A stretch of DNA of 64,000 nucleotides from an uncultured Gammaproteobacteria bacterium (GCA_963705725.1 CAVPKM010000018.1:1-64000); one strand, 5' to 3'. Shown: positions 48,629 through 59,492, counted from the first letter of the stretch. Numbers and translations are program-made. Notes: generated by a model from the letters alone, not told the origin.

Positions 48629-51600
48629 TTATACACTAGCCATGTCAATTGCTTGTTGGATGTCAACAGATACCAGTCGAGAGACACCTGGCTCATGCAT
48701 CGTGACCCCAGCTAATTGCTGACCCATTTCTATCGTAATTTTATTATGGCTAATAAAAATAAATTGTACTTTCTCTGACATTTTTTTAACTAATTTGCAA
48801 AATCTTCCCACATTGACATCATCTAAAGGTGCATCGACTTCATCAAGCACACAAAAGGGTGCAGGGTTTAAATTAAAGATAGCAAAAACAAGTGCTATCG
48901 CTGTTAACGCTTTTTCACCTCCGGATAATAAATGAATAGAGGTATTTTTTTTTCCGGGAGGTTGCGCTTTGATCACCACCCCTGTTTCAAGCACATCTTC
49001 ACTTGTGAGTTCTAAATTTGCCACGCCGCCACCAAAAATCTCAGTAAAAATTGATTTAAAAAAATTATTTAATTTTTCAAAAGTTTCTTTAAATTTAACT
49101 CGCGTTTCGCGATCAATACGGCGAATTGCATTTTCAAGTATCTCTAATGCTTCTAATAGATCATTTTGTTGCTTATCCATAAATACTTTTTTTTCTTCCA
49201 AGACGGAATACTCATCGATTGCAGCCAAGTTAATTGGGCCTAAGCGATTAATTCTGTTTTCAGTAAACTGCAATTTTTCTTCTGTTTGACGAATTGTTAA
49301 CCCTTCAATCAAATTTTGTAACAATTCTTGCAAGTTAAAACCCGCGTTTCGAATCTGTTCTTCGAAATTTTGCTTTTTGATTAAAAATCCTTGGCAATGA
49401 ATTCTTTGCTCTTCTAAATTTGTTCTCAACTGTTCGATTTCTTTTTCTAAACGTTGCCTAATTTTTTCAGACTCACCCAATTCAACTTCTATGTTTTCAC
49501 AATTCTGTTTTGCTAGCAGCAAATCTTGCTGAACAATTGCTTGTCTCTCAAGCGCTTGCTGTAGACCTAAATTTAATTCTGGTAATGGATCATTTGTGTT
49601 GGCTAATGATTCCATAAGTATCTGACGCTTTTCTTCAATCGAAGCTAATTGTTTTTCTCCACGGGAAATGTTTTGGGTTAAATAATGAATCTGACTTTTC
49701 ATGCTCTCTAAACGAACTTGATATTCATTTTCTTTTTGGATATGAAGATTAGCTAGTTGGCGTATTTGATCAAGCGCTGATTTACTTTGCTCTTTTTCTC
49801 CAAGCAACTGATCTCGCTGACCTTGATAAACATGAATTTCTTGGTTAATAACCTTAACTTTATTGTTTGCATCTTCAAGCTGATTATTGACTTCAATTAA
49901 TTGAATTTCGATTTCTGAAAGATCAGCAATCAACACCTGGTATTTTTCTTTTGCTTCACGAATTAAATTTTCTTTAGCATTAATTTGCACAATGAGTTCT
50001 GAATTTTTTGATTTTACTATTTGTAAATGTTGCTGTTTCGTATCTTTATCTTCAAATAATTGTTTTAAATGATATTCATTGTCTTGTAAAAAATTATCTT
50101 CTGTAGCAATCAAACTTTGCTGATCGTTTATCTGTTGCTGAAGTGCTTTTAAATCCTGTTCCCGTTGTATTACCCCTGTTTTTTCACTCGTTTGTTTCGC
50201 TACTCGTAAAAAAGTCTGACTTAACCAAACCCCACCCTTGGTAATGATGGATTCGTTAGGGGCAAGCATAGAAATTTTTTCTAATGCTTCAGTTAAATTT
50301 TCAGCGACAAAAATTGTATTTAACAGCGCTGCAATAGGTAATGTTGTTTTTATTTTTGTTAATAACGAATCGTTTTTTCTGCTACTAGGAACAGTCTCGT
50401 GTAGAGTGCAAAAGGCAATATTTGCATGGTTAATTTTTTCGATTGCACTAGCTAGATGTTTGAAGTCTTCAATACAAATTGCATCTAGATAGTTTACTAA
50501 AACTGTTTCAGCCGCAATTTCCCAACCCGCTTCAACTTCGAGATTTTCAGCAACACTTGGTAGCTGATCAATTTGATTCTCAACTAGCCATTTTAGCTTT
50601 TCGTTATTATTTTTTCCTAATGCAATTTGCTGTAACGCTTGCATAGAAGCATGCTGTGCTTGCAAGTATCGAAGCTGTTTGGTCTGCTCTGTGATATTTT
50701 GTTGAATCTGTTGCTGTTTTATTTTTTTTTGTTCAATATTTTTTTGAATGAAATTCAACTGTTCTTGTAACTCATGAATTTTATCAAGAAAATTTTGCTG
50801 CTTCTCTCGGGCTATCATTAGCTCATCAGGAGATAAATTAATATCAGAGGAATTTTTTTCTTCGATAAGACGTTGTTGTCTTTGATTAAGCGACTGGCGC
50901 CTTTGTTCTAAATGGGTAATTTTGATTTTTTCAACCTCTACTTCTTTCAAAGCTTGTGAAGAGGCACGATTAAAGTCATCCCATTTATCTTGCCAAAGTA
51001 ACATCTGTTTTTCTGAAATGATTAATTTATTTTGAAAATTCTCTGTTTCACTTTTGCTAGCTTGCCATAATTGTTCGACTTGCATTATATCTTCTGTAAT
51101 TCTTGAATAATGCGCTTGGTCACCCAGATATTGTTGTTTAATTTCATGAAAATTATGTTCAGTTTGTTCAAAATCATTTTCGATTTGTTTTTTTCTTTCC
51201 TTGGTATGCAAGATTTGTTGTTCTGTTTTACTAATTTGATTACTCAGAAGAAAATATTCGCTTTGAACCTCATTCATTTTTTCATGATATTCAGAGCGCA
51301 AGAGACGCCGGGATTCAATTTTTTTATCATGATTTGTCAGCTCTGCAAGATTGGCTTGCAGCTTAATTTCTTCTTCTTTAATTTGCCTCTCAAGTTTAAT
51401 GAACTCTGCATTAACCTCTTCTCGCCTTAGCACTTGCAATTCTGCTCGGAGCAAATTTTGTTGTTTTTTTAATTCCTTATATTTTTCTGCTGCCTTAGCC
51501 TGTCGTTGTAAATGTTGTAATTGTTTAGCTTGCTCTTCGAGTATATCGCTTAAACGTTCTAAATTTTCCTTAGTTTGTTTAATCCGACTCTCTGTTTCTC

Positions 51601-52129
51601 GTCGTCGTTCTTTATATTTCGAAGTACCCGCTGCCTCTTCTATATGAAGCCGTAATTCTTCTGGTCTTGCTTCAGTAAGACGAGATATCATTCCTTGTTC
51701 AATGATGGCATAACTATTATTGCCTAAGCCTGTTCCAAGAAAGATATCTGTCACATCTTTTCTTCTGCAACGGGTACTGTTTATATAGTAGGTCGATTGA
51801 CCATCTCGACTGATTTCTCTTCGGATTGAAATTTCTGGATAGTTTGTATATTCTCCTGAAATTCTACCATCACTATTATCGAAAACTAACTCAATGGCGG
51901 CTTGACTCACTGGCTTGCGCGTTGTGGTACCATTAAAAATGACATCCGCCATGAGTTCTGCTCTCAAATTTTTTGAAGTACTTCCGAGCACGCAGTGAAT
52001 AGCATCCACAATATTCGACTTGCCACATCCATTTGGACCGACAATTGCAGTTAAATTACTCTCAAAAGGCAATTGAGTTGGATCAACAAAGGATTTAAAC
52101 CCTGCTAATTTTATTGAATTCAGCCCCAT
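48629..52129 (-). CDS. smc: Chromosome segregation protein SMC
   Basis: GFKSF, GPNGCGKSN Walker A, long coiled coils with hinge, LSGGE, LDEVDAPLD. Confidence 0.97.
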   Translation of the reverse strand: MGLNSIKLAGFKSFVDPTQLPFESNLTAIVGPNGCGKSNIVDAIHCVLGSTSKNLRAELMADVIFNGTTTRKPVSQAAIELVFDNSDGRISGEYTNYPEISIRREISRDGQSTYYINSTRCRRKDVTDIFLGTGLGNNSYAIIEQGMISRLTEARPEELRLHIEEAAGTSKYKERRRETESRIKQTKENLERLSDILEEQAKQLQHLQRQAKAAEKYKELKKQQNLLRAELQVLRREEVNAEFIKLERQIKEEEIKLQANLAELTNHDKKIESRRLLRSEYHEKMNEVQSEYFLLSNQISKTEQQILHTKERKKQIENDFEQTEHNFHEIKQQYLGDQAHYSRITEDIMQVEQLWQASKSETENFQNKLIISEKQMLLWQDKWDDFNRASSQALKEVEVEKIKITHLEQRRQSLNQRQQRLIEEKNSSDINLSPDELMIAREKQQNFLDKIHELQEQLNFIQKNIEQKKIKQQQIQQNITEQTKQLRYLQAQHASMQALQQIALGKNNNEKLKWLVENQIDQLPSVAENLEVEAGWEIAAETVLVNYLDAICIEDFKHLASAIEKINHANIAFCTLHETVPSSRKNDSLLTKIKTTLPIAALLNTIFVAENLTEALEKISMLAPNESIITKGGVWLSQTFLRVAKQTSEKTGVIQREQDLKALQQQINDQQSLIATEDNFLQDNEYHLKQLFEDKDTKQQHLQIVKSKNSELIVQINAKENLIREAKEKYQVLIADLSEIEIQLIEVNNQLEDANNKVKVINQEIHVYQGQRDQLLGEKEQSKSALDQIRQLANLHIQKENEYQVRLESMKSQIHYLTQNISRGEKQLASIEEKRQILMESLANTNDPLPELNLGLQQALERQAIVQQDLLLAKQNCENIEVELGESEKIRQRLEKEIEQLRTNLEEQRIHCQGFLIKKQNFEEQIRNAGFNLQELLQNLIEGLTIRQTEEKLQFTENRINRLGPINLAAIDEYSVLEEKKVFMDKQQNDLLEALEILENAIRRIDRETRVKFKETFEKLNNFFKSIFTEIFGGGVANLELTSEDVLETGVVIKAQPPGKKNTSIHLLSGGEKALTAIALVFAIFNLNPAPFCVLDEVDAPLDDVNVGRFCKLVKKMSEKVQFIFISHNKITIEMGQQLAGVTMHEPGVSRLVSVDIQQAIDMASV

Positions 52130-52270
52130 TTGATTGTTTTTTCCAAAAATTAAAATATTAAAAATGATAAAACGTGATTTTATTGTAGGGAGGTTAAGTT
52201 ATAAGTGCAAGTTGAATAATTATTGGTAAATATTTTCTTAAAAACTTAACATCGAGTATAATTTTGCTAC

Positions 52271-52344
52271 GCCCCGATGGCACAGATGGATAGCGCAATC
52301 CCCTCCTAAGGGATAGGTCGCAGGTTCGAATCCTGCTCGGGGCG
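52271..52344 (+). tRNA. tRNA-Arg (anticodon CCT), CCA not encoded
   Basis: Acceptor GCCCCGA/TCGGGGC, anticodon arm ATCCC-CTCCTAA-GGGAT, T arm GCAGG-TTCGAAT-CCTGC. Confidence 0.95.
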
Positions 52345-52382
52345 CTGTTTTCTTGATCATGGGAAGTAGTCTACCCTTTTGC

Positions 52383-53036
52383 TCATTGTAACTTTGCCAA
52401 TACTTCAGGCGTGCTAACATTTACCCAAGTGCCTGTATAATGCTCACCCGTGGCAAGACCCTTCTCAATTGCTTTTACAAACAAGGGTGCGACACGAAAA
52501 AATCCTGGCTGGCAACTTTCAAAAAGCTTGGGATGATAAATACCAATACTGCCGAATGTCAGCCTATTGTTATCGCTTAAAGATAATTTTTCACCAGTCA
52601 GCGCAAAATCTCCGTTAGGGTGTGCTTCAACATTATCGACTAATACCAAATGAATTAGTCCTGATAATGGCTTATTTTTTAACCTTGCAAAGGGATAATT
52701 TGTCCAAATATCACCACTAATGACCAGAAAAGGCCTCTCTCCTAACATGTGAAGCGCATTAAAAATTCCCCCACCCGTTTCTAGTCCACCTTCTTGCTCC
52801 TCTTTTGAATAGCGAATTTCTACTCCATAACGCTCTCCCTCGCCAAGCGCATGAATAATTTTATCGGCTAAATAGGAGAGGTTAATTATTATTTCTTTAA
52901 ACCCTGCCGCACTTAACCTAATAATCAAATGCTCAATGAGTGAAAAGCCCCCTACTTTAAGCAGCGGCTTGGGGGTTTCATTCGATAATGGCCGCATTCG
53001 ATTGCCGCGGCCTGCAGCTAAAATCATGGCCTTCAT
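52383..53036 (-). CDS. murU: N-acetylmuramate alpha-1-phosphate uridylyltransferase
   Basis: MKAMILAAGRG.RMRPL...PKPLL, LETGGGI..AL, LVDN..HP.GDF; amgK remnant upstream. Confidence 0.85.
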   Translation of the reverse strand: MKAMILAAGRGNRMRPLSNETPKPLLKVGGFSLIEHLIIRLSAAGFKEIIINLSYLADKIIHALGEGERYGVEIRYSKEEQEGGLETGGGIFNALHMLGERPFLVISGDIWTNYPFARLKNKPLSGLIHLVLVDNVEAHPNGDFALTGEKLSLSDNNRLTFGSIGIYHPKLFESCQPGFFRVAPLFVKAIEKGLATGEHYTGTWVNVSTPEVLAKLQ

Positions 53037-53230
53037 GCATTACTCTCTTTTTCCTAAATTGTTGAAAGGATGAAAATTCGGGATATTTATTTAGCACATT
53101 CAAATACTGATCTATTAATGCCCACAACTTTACATGTCCTTGCAAGCCCATCCAATCAAACTGAAGATGTTTTTATCACGAGCTGAACATATATGATACT
53201 CTCTGTCCAAAGTCCTCGATGCTAAATTTT
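53037..53230 (-). pseudogene. amgK: Decayed remnant of anomeric MurNAc/GlcNAc kinase amgK
   Basis: Minus strand encodes FDWMGLQGHVK/VVGI (cf. FDWMGLQRHLKVLGI) and VLNKYPEFSSFQQF..KRV running into the murU start; indels and deletions. Confidence 0.7.
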
Positions 53231-53415
53231 TATATTTTAGTATTGTCTATATTGATTTGAATGCTGATGTTTCTAAAAAGGGCTTAGTCATGTAAGGAGA
53301 AGCACAATGCACTACTACATTTAGTTGGGGTATAAAAATCCTTAATAATTTCTCATGAATTCGTCGAGTGTGTTGTTATTAATTTTAGTTCCCTCAATAT
53401 GCTTGAATCGTAACA

Positions 53416-54732
53416 TTAGATTTTGCTTTCAGTAATGCTAATCATTTTTTCTAGTGCACGTCTTGCGTTTATCACAATCCATTGCTGTCCTTCTTCAGTC
53501 AACCGTTGCCTTGTGCCTTTGAATTCATGCACTATATCTCCAGGCCTAACAAGATTAAATAAAGGTGTTTTTCCCTTCCTTAACAAATCCAGAACAGCAA
53601 CTAAATGAGGTGGGTCATTACGCGACATTGTTGCACAGCCACAGCCTCTCTTTTTAAATTGGTTTAATGGGATATCACTGAGATTAGCAACCTTAATTTT
53701 TTTACTTTCACAAACATCTCTCAAATTTGTTACCATGTGATTTTCGGTACCAACAGCGTACTTTCCAACTCCTGCACGATCGTTGAAAACCATGTCCCAC
53801 AAATAAGCTGTGGAGCCATAACCATCAGCAATTTTAACAACCTCGTATCGACACTCAGGATGAACAACAACATGATAGCCTTGCTGTTGCCAATAAGTCA
53901 CCATCTCGGGATGATAGTAACTATGCACACCGCATTCACTAGCAAATAAAATCAACTGTGCTCTATCAAATCGTGAAAGAACTTCCTTGTTTTGTTCAGC
54001 CAACCGAAAATTAACAGCTTCTTGCCCTGAAGGCCAATATGCAATGTTATGTTTGGCTATACCTAGCCAAGCTGCTACATTTTCTCCCATATGGCGATCT
54101 GGAATAAATAATATTTTTTTATTTTCTTTAAGTGCCCATTGAAATATTTTTTTTACATTTGAACTGGTGCAGACGGCACCACCTTGTGCTCCAGTCATCG
54201 CTTTAATGCGTCCAGATGTGTTCATATAGCAAACAGGGAGAATGTTATTCACATCATAACGTTCGTTTAACTGATCAAAAGCAGGTTGCACCATAAAATC
54301 CTTTGCCAGCATTTCCATGGTGCAACCTGATTTAGGATTGGTAATATAAACTGATTGATCATGGTTTGCCATGATACTAATTGACTCAGCCATAAAATGA
54401 ACAGCAGATTCAACAATGACTTTTTTTTCAGGATGTTGAACGGCCATCAGCGCAAGTTGATAAGAATCACCAATCGTACCACCAAAATACTTTATCATTT
54501 TGACAATTTCCCCACCCATATAATAATGAGCGAGCAATAACAATGAATCACCAAAATATTTGATAGAGGACTCTATGTACGGTTGCATCCACATCAGTGT
54601 AGTCAAAATATTACGGTCAGGTAATGATTGATATTCCTCTGCATAGGGCATAAATTCCTGCTGATACCAATCAAGAGGGTAATCATCTTGACAAACTTGC
54701 ATATTTGATTTTAGGACAGTATGAGTTTTCAT
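53416..54732 (-). CDS. nadA: Quinolinate synthase
   Basis: LAHYY, GDSYQLA, VHFMAES, three Fe-S Cys (GCTM, ECGVH, GCATM), VHPEC; start at MKTHT. Confidence 0.92.
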   Translation of the reverse strand: MKTHTVLKSNMQVCQDDYPLDWYQQEFMPYAEEYQSLPDRNILTTLMWMQPYIESSIKYFGDSLLLLAHYYMGGEIVKMIKYFGGTIGDSYQLALMAVQHPEKKVIVESAVHFMAESISIMANHDQSVYITNPKSGCTMEMLAKDFMVQPAFDQLNERYDVNNILPVCYMNTSGRIKAMTGAQGGAVCTSSNVKKIFQWALKENKKILFIPDRHMGENVAAWLGIAKHNIAYWPSGQEAVNFRLAEQNKEVLSRFDRAQLILFASECGVHSYYHPEMVTYWQQQGYHVVVHPECRYEVVKIADGYGSTAYLWDMVFNDRAGVGKYAVGTENHMVTNLRDVCESKKIKVANLSDIPLNQFKKRGCGCATMSRNDPPHLVAVLDLLRKGKTPLFNLVRPGDIVHEFKGTRQRLTEEGQQWIVINARRALEKMISITESKI

Positions 54733-54752
54733 AATCGACTCTTTTATATCTA

Positions 54753-54813
54753 TAAATTTTTGTGTTCGAAGATAGAAAAATATGAACGTTTCAATCCTGT
54801 GCTGAATAGTTAC
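54753..54813 (-). repeat. Left-half copy of the palindromic MITE at the 3' end of nadB
   Basis: Minus strand GTAACTATTCAGCACAGGATTGAAACG matches 9412-9438 at 26/27, with similarity continuing about 30 more bp. Confidence 0.85.
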
Positions 54814-56415
54814 GTGATTTATTAATAAAATCCTCTCGATAATGACCGCCACGACTTTCACGGCGATTAATTGCAGAACGAACAATCAATTCAGCAATTA
54901 AGATAATATTTCTGAGCTCTATGAGATCCTTTGTGATGCTATATTTCCAATAATAAGCTTCTATCATTTTTTTCGCGCCAGTACTAAGTTGAGTTGATCT
55001 CGTAAGCCGGCTTCTGTGCGTATAATGCCAGCGTAAGAACTCATCTCACCACGTAACCCGCGCCAATGTACATTGATCTGGCTTGCACGTCGTAAATCGA
55101 CAGTACTGGTAGAATCCCAATCCTTGACAGGCTGAAATAAACTAAGCGGTGTCTCTAATGCTGTACAACTAATTGCAGCAACATGACGTCCCATAACAAT
55201 GCCCTCTAATAATGAATTACTAGCCAAACGATTCGCACCATGTAACCCGGTAAAAGCCGTTTCACCAATAGCATAAAGCCTTTTTAAATCTGTATTTCCA
55301 TGAATGTTTGTTAGAATGCCGCCGTTCATATAATGAGCAGCCGGTACAACAGGAATTAAATCTCGGCTTAAATCTAAATCAATATCAAGCAGCTTACGAT
55401 AAATCATTGGAAAGCGTTGCTGTAAAAAAACTTTATCTTTATGACGGATATCTAAATGAACATAGTCATAGCTGCTTTGTTCGATTTCACAAAAAATAGC
55501 ACGTGCAACCACATCACGAGTAGCTAATTCCATTTTGTCAGGAGCGTAATGTTGCATGAAGCGCTCACCTGTGGCTGGCAATCTTAAATAAGCTCCTTCG
55601 CCTCGTAATGCTTCAGAAAGAAGGAAGTTATTAAGTTTTGAAGAATATAATAATGTCGGATGAAATTGATAAAACTCTAATCCGTCAACTCGAGCACCTG
55701 CACGATATGCCATTGCCACTCCATCACCGGTGGCAACATTGAGATTTGAAGTATATCGATATACTTTCCCTGCACCACCTGTCGCCAGAACAACCGCATT
55801 GGCAAGAAATGTATGTATCAGTCCAGTTTTAACTTCGAGCGCATATAGACCCACTACTTCAGGAAAGCAAGCTGGCTGATGAGGTACCACCTGCGTAATT
55901 AGATTCACCGCGACATGTTCTTCAAATATAGTTATTTGTTGAAAATACTTTAGGCGCGCAATCAATGATTCAACAATTTCTTCACCTGTCCTATCCCCTA
56001 CGTGATAAATACGTCGTTTCGAATGACCAGCTTCTTGACCACGAGCTAAGTTATTATCAATATCACGATTAAAATTAACGCCTTGATTAAGCAGATATTG
56101 AATACTCTCAGGGCCCTGGTTCAAGATAGCTACGACAGCTTCCTCATTACATATACCATCGCCTGATGATAGTGTGTCTGCTATATGCTGAACGATATCC
56201 TCCTTGCTTTCAGCAGCGGCAACGCCACCTTGCGCATAATAAGTATTGGATTCCTTGAGCTTACCTTTGCACACCAACGCAATTTTTAGACGAGGCTGTA
56301 ACTTCAATAATTCTAATAAACAACATAAGCTTGCAATTCCACTTCCAACCATAATGAGATCAAATTGAAATCGGTGACCACGCTGAGAAATCGTTTTTTG
56401 CATGTTAAATATCAC
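54791..56415 (-). CDS. nadB: L-aspartate oxidase, split by a 1-nt deletion in an A7 run (54967-54973)
   Basis: YAQGG, EAGHS.RRI, LATGG, QFHPT, SEALRGEG, HGANRLASNSL; C-terminal ELRN..AELIVRSA..RRESRGGHYR lies in the shifted frame. Confidence 0.92.
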
Positions 56416-57289
56416 ACCTCATCGACAGATCGATATTTTCTGCTGAGTGAGTCAACCCACCAACAGAAATAAAGTCAACTCCTGTTTCTGCAATGTCAAC
56501 GACATTATCAAGACTTATATTTCCTGATGCTTCAGTAGGAATGATACCTTGGCACATAGCCACACACTTTCCCATTAGGGGAAGCGTCATATTGTCTAAT
56601 AGAACCCGGGTTACGATTTTTAAACCTTGTTTAATCACGATAGCCAATTCCTCTTGGCTACGCACTTCTACAATGACTGGAATTGGTGATGTGACATTTT
56701 TCATAAGCACATCCAAGGTTTTTTTCACACCACCTAATAAATCAATATGCGTATCTTTCACCATAACAGCATCATACAAACCCATACGATGATTAATGCC
56801 TCCTCCACAAAGGACTGCATATTTTTCTAGATGACGAAACCCAGGAAGTGTTTTGCGAGTATCCAAAATCTTTGTTTTTGTATGTTTCACTTTGGTAACG
56901 AACTGATTCGTAAGCGTTGCAATAGAAGAAAGGCGTTGAAGAAAATTAAGTAAAAGCCGTTCTGCAGCAAGTAATACTTGAGCAGGTCCTTTAACAGTCA
57001 AGACAACAGTAGCAGGAGGAATAGAATCTCCATCAAAATAGGCAGAGTGCACATCACAGTGCACACTCAATTTTTGAAGTACTGCTCTAACAATAGGTAG
57101 ACCGCAAATAATAACATCCCGTGGATGCTTTGATATGATTTTTGCACTCGCAATCTTATTATTATTTTCAGGGAATAACGCCATGGTAGTGACATCTTTA
57201 TATGGCAACCCTAAATCTTCAGCAAGGGCAATGTCTATCAATCGTAAATCTAATTGATTCAATTTTAAGGGTAATATTGTTGAAACCAT
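56405..57289 (-). CDS. nadC: Quinolinate phosphoribosyltransferase
   Basis: ALAED...DVTT, ERLLLNFLQRLS.IAT, DTRKT.PG, NHRMGLYD..MVKDTH, LLDNM, EASG. Confidence 0.96.
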   Translation of the reverse strand: MVSTILPLKLNQLDLRLIDIALAEDLGLPYKDVTTMALFPENNNKIASAKIISKHPRDVIICGLPIVRAVLQKLSVHCDVHSAYFDGDSIPPATVVLTVKGPAQVLLAAERLLLNFLQRLSSIATLTNQFVTKVKHTKTKILDTRKTLPGFRHLEKYAVLCGGGINHRMGLYDAVMVKDTHIDLLGGVKKTLDVLMKNVTSPIPVIVEVRSQEELAIVIKQGLKIVTRVLLDNMTLPLMGKCVAMCQGIIPTEASGNISLDNVVDIAETGVDFISVGGLTHSAENIDLSMRCDI

Positions 57290-57364
57290 AAAAAAATCCG
57301 ATGTTCAAATGATAAAGAAAATTATACAACAAAATATTTTTGATGGAAATCAAATAAGGGTGAG

Positions 57365-57385
57365 GTTAAGTCAGTATGACAAACT
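57365..57385. promoter_or_regulatory. Candidate NrtR-type operator upstream of nadC-nadB-nadA
   Basis: GTTAAGTCAGTATGACAAACT has a GT-N7-AC core (GTC-N5-GAC), 76-96 bp upstream of nadC; outer arms match poorly. Confidence 0.35.
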
Positions 57386-57705
57386 ATTCAAACCCTGCAA
57401 GGAATTTAAACTCGCAACTACTCAACACAGGATTAAAACATTTTTCTCTTTGGTGCAAATTTTTATGCCAAAACATTGCTACATAAGGTCCAAGAACAGA
57501 TACATATGGAATCTTTGCCATTCGCATAAAAGTTTCTAGTTTCATGCAAAATGGACTAGGGCTTGGCAGATTCCAAACCCGGTTGATATAGTTTTACAGT
57601 CAGATTTTTCATCAATCTACAAACTTGCAATTTAAGTATGAGAGGATGGAAACTCGATAATCTCATTAGAATTTATATTGTATGTACCTATATTTTCTTT
57701 AGACA

Positions 57706-58075
57706 CTATTTTTTTATTGCTTGCTGAGCAAAATATTGATCACTTAGCATACAAGAAGTATATTCTTGCATTTCCTCAAAAGTCGTTTCTAAAAATGGTT
57801 TAGTCATATAAGGTGATGCACAATGTATCACTACCTCAAGGTGTGGTATTTCATTGAATATAGTAGATACCGATTCTTTCGTGTTATTCATTAAATCAAA
57901 TTGAAAATTACGTTGAGTGTGAATTCTCTTTAATTTTAATACCGCTTGAAGATTATGGAGATCTAGCAGCAGCATAAAGCTTTGCATTTCTTTCTTGAGC
58001 AACCCTCGGTAAAATTTCTCAACCTAATCCTCGATTAGCTCCGGTGACCAGCATATAAAACTCTGATGCTTTATA
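57706..58075 (-). pseudogene. SDR oxidoreductase pseudogene
   Basis: MLVTGANRGLG followed by in-frame TGA (58019-58021); downstream frame gives QFDL...LEVVIHCAS..KPFLETT. Confidence 0.7.
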
Positions 58076-58096
58076 TAGTATAATTTTTCCTCTAAA

Positions 58097-58145
58097 AAAA
58101 AATCTGAACGTTTAGCGACTTCTAGCGTTTCTGCTGAATAATTAC
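58097..58145 (+). repeat. Right-half degenerate copy of the palindromic MITE
   Basis: AAAATCTGAACGTTT...TAGCGTTTCTGCTGAATAATTAC aligns with 9525-9571. Confidence 0.75.
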
Positions 58146-58384
58146 AATAAAATTTAAGTAATTATTTTCAGGTATAGTTATTAGAAAAGCGGATACCATG
58201 ATCTGTTCATATACTAATATCAGCTGGCACAGTTATTAAATAACAAATAATGTCGTTAAATCTGGCATTAGCTTTCTCATCGTTATCAGCTTCTTCAATT
58301 AAAGTAGAAAATAATTCATAGTAATTCTTTGCCAGTTTATTATCTATACACTGAAAATAAAAAAATATTATTCAAGCAACTAAG

Positions 58385-58555
58385 CACAATGTTAATTCTG
58401 TAATTGACACGAATAAAATCTATAATAGGCCAGTCACTTTAATTGGCATAGTTTCGGTGGTGTTGTGATCAGTCAAGTAGCCGAACGAATACCTGAGCGG
58501 ATTAAAGAATTAATTTACATGTGTGCTTTTATCCTTCCCAACGATTATACCATAG
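58385..58555 (+). pseudogene. Alpha/beta hydrolase (methylesterase-like) fragment
   Basis: PVTLIG/HSFGGVVISQVAERIPERIKELIYMCAFILP with a frameshift in the GHSxG motif; both ends missing. Confidence 0.75.
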
Positions 58556-58684
58556 GCCACATCATTCAAGATGTCGGGGTTTATTTCATCGCTTTGCAAT
58601 GAATTCATCTTTGATATGTGCACTGATGTAAAACCGTTCAACTCAAATAACGTAATGATTGACTCATTTTTGATAAAAAATTTA

Positions 58685-58981
58685 CTACATTTGATTTTCT
58701 ACGCTTTTAATTCTGTCTTTCATGCTTTCAGTTTTATCGGTACGACTATTTATCTTAATATTAGTCACCAAACGTGGAGCACCTAGCTTGTGTACTGCTT
58801 CAATACAAGATTTTATTGCATCAAGAACCTCATTGTAATCGCCTTCTATATTGGTTCCTTCCGCATGTAATTGAATAACTAACCCTTTATTTTTTAGAAT
58901 ACGTTCACATTCCGCGATGTATTTTGAAAAAGACACCCCTACACCTATAGGGATAATTGATAATTCAACGATGATTTTCAT
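58685..58981 (-). CDS. MTH1187/YkoF family thiamine-binding protein
   Basis: ELSIIPIG.G.S.SKYIA, H..GTNIEG, HKLGAPRLVT.IK...RTDK. Confidence 0.85.
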   Translation of the reverse strand: MKIIVELSIIPIGVGVSFSKYIAECERILKNKGLVIQLHAEGTNIEGDYNEVLDAIKSCIEAVHKLGAPRLVTNIKINSRTDKTESMKDRIKSVENQM

Positions 58982-59061
58982 ATAAAAATTCTCCAATTAA
59001 TTAAATTTCTATCAACCTTTCACACAAGCTAACGCTTTTAAAAAAGTAACACGGCGGGTAA

Positions 59062-59492
59062 TCACACTAATTCACTTAATTCGTCCCTAACCGCATCCAA
59101 ACCAGATTGAGCACATAACTCATCCAATTCAGGTGTTGCCCCACTAATCCCTATGCTACCTATGTGTTGACCATCTTGAGTGATAATGGGTAAACCACCA
59201 CCGAGTAGCAGAATATCAGGTATTGCACTGTAAGGATTGGCAGCCATTTTTGAGCTTCGCTCTGCTAACGTTTTTGATGATAGTGGCATACTTGCAGAAG
59301 TCTTTGCTTTAAGTTGAGAAATCCTAATACTTCCATAACTAGTGTTATCCATGCGCTGAAAATATTTAAGATTGCCGCCATTGTCATAAATACTAATAAC
59401 GATATTGATCTTGTTTTCGATAGCTTTTTTTTCTGTTGCTAGCGCTATTTTTTTTGCCATATCCAGCGTTAGTGTTTTTTTAAAATTGTCAT
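59062..59492 (-). CDS. GlcG/HbpS-family heme-binding protein; 1-nt deletion in A7 run near the 5' end
   Basis: IYDNGGNL..FQRMD, KAKTS, GGGLPI, IGSIGISGA...DE.CA; restoring one A gives MTILKKTLTLDMAKK with a G-rich RBS. Confidence 0.82.

Noticed and set aside
52238-52420. 60-aa minus-strand ORF
   Set aside because: Antisense translation of the tRNA-Arg gene
54733-54885. 51-aa N-terminal extension of NadA in the ORF track
   Set aside because: Overlaps the true nadB 3' end and the MITE half; the real start is the ATG at 54732
57309-57539. 76-aa plus-strand ORF, and likewise 58571-58786 and 60046-60243
   Set aside because: No motifs, overlap promoter or neighbouring genes, and lie in decayed AT-rich DNA
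54753-58145. Two MITE halves as ends of a composite transposon carrying nadB-nadC
   Set aside because: Both termini point the same way on the plus strand and there is no matching target duplication
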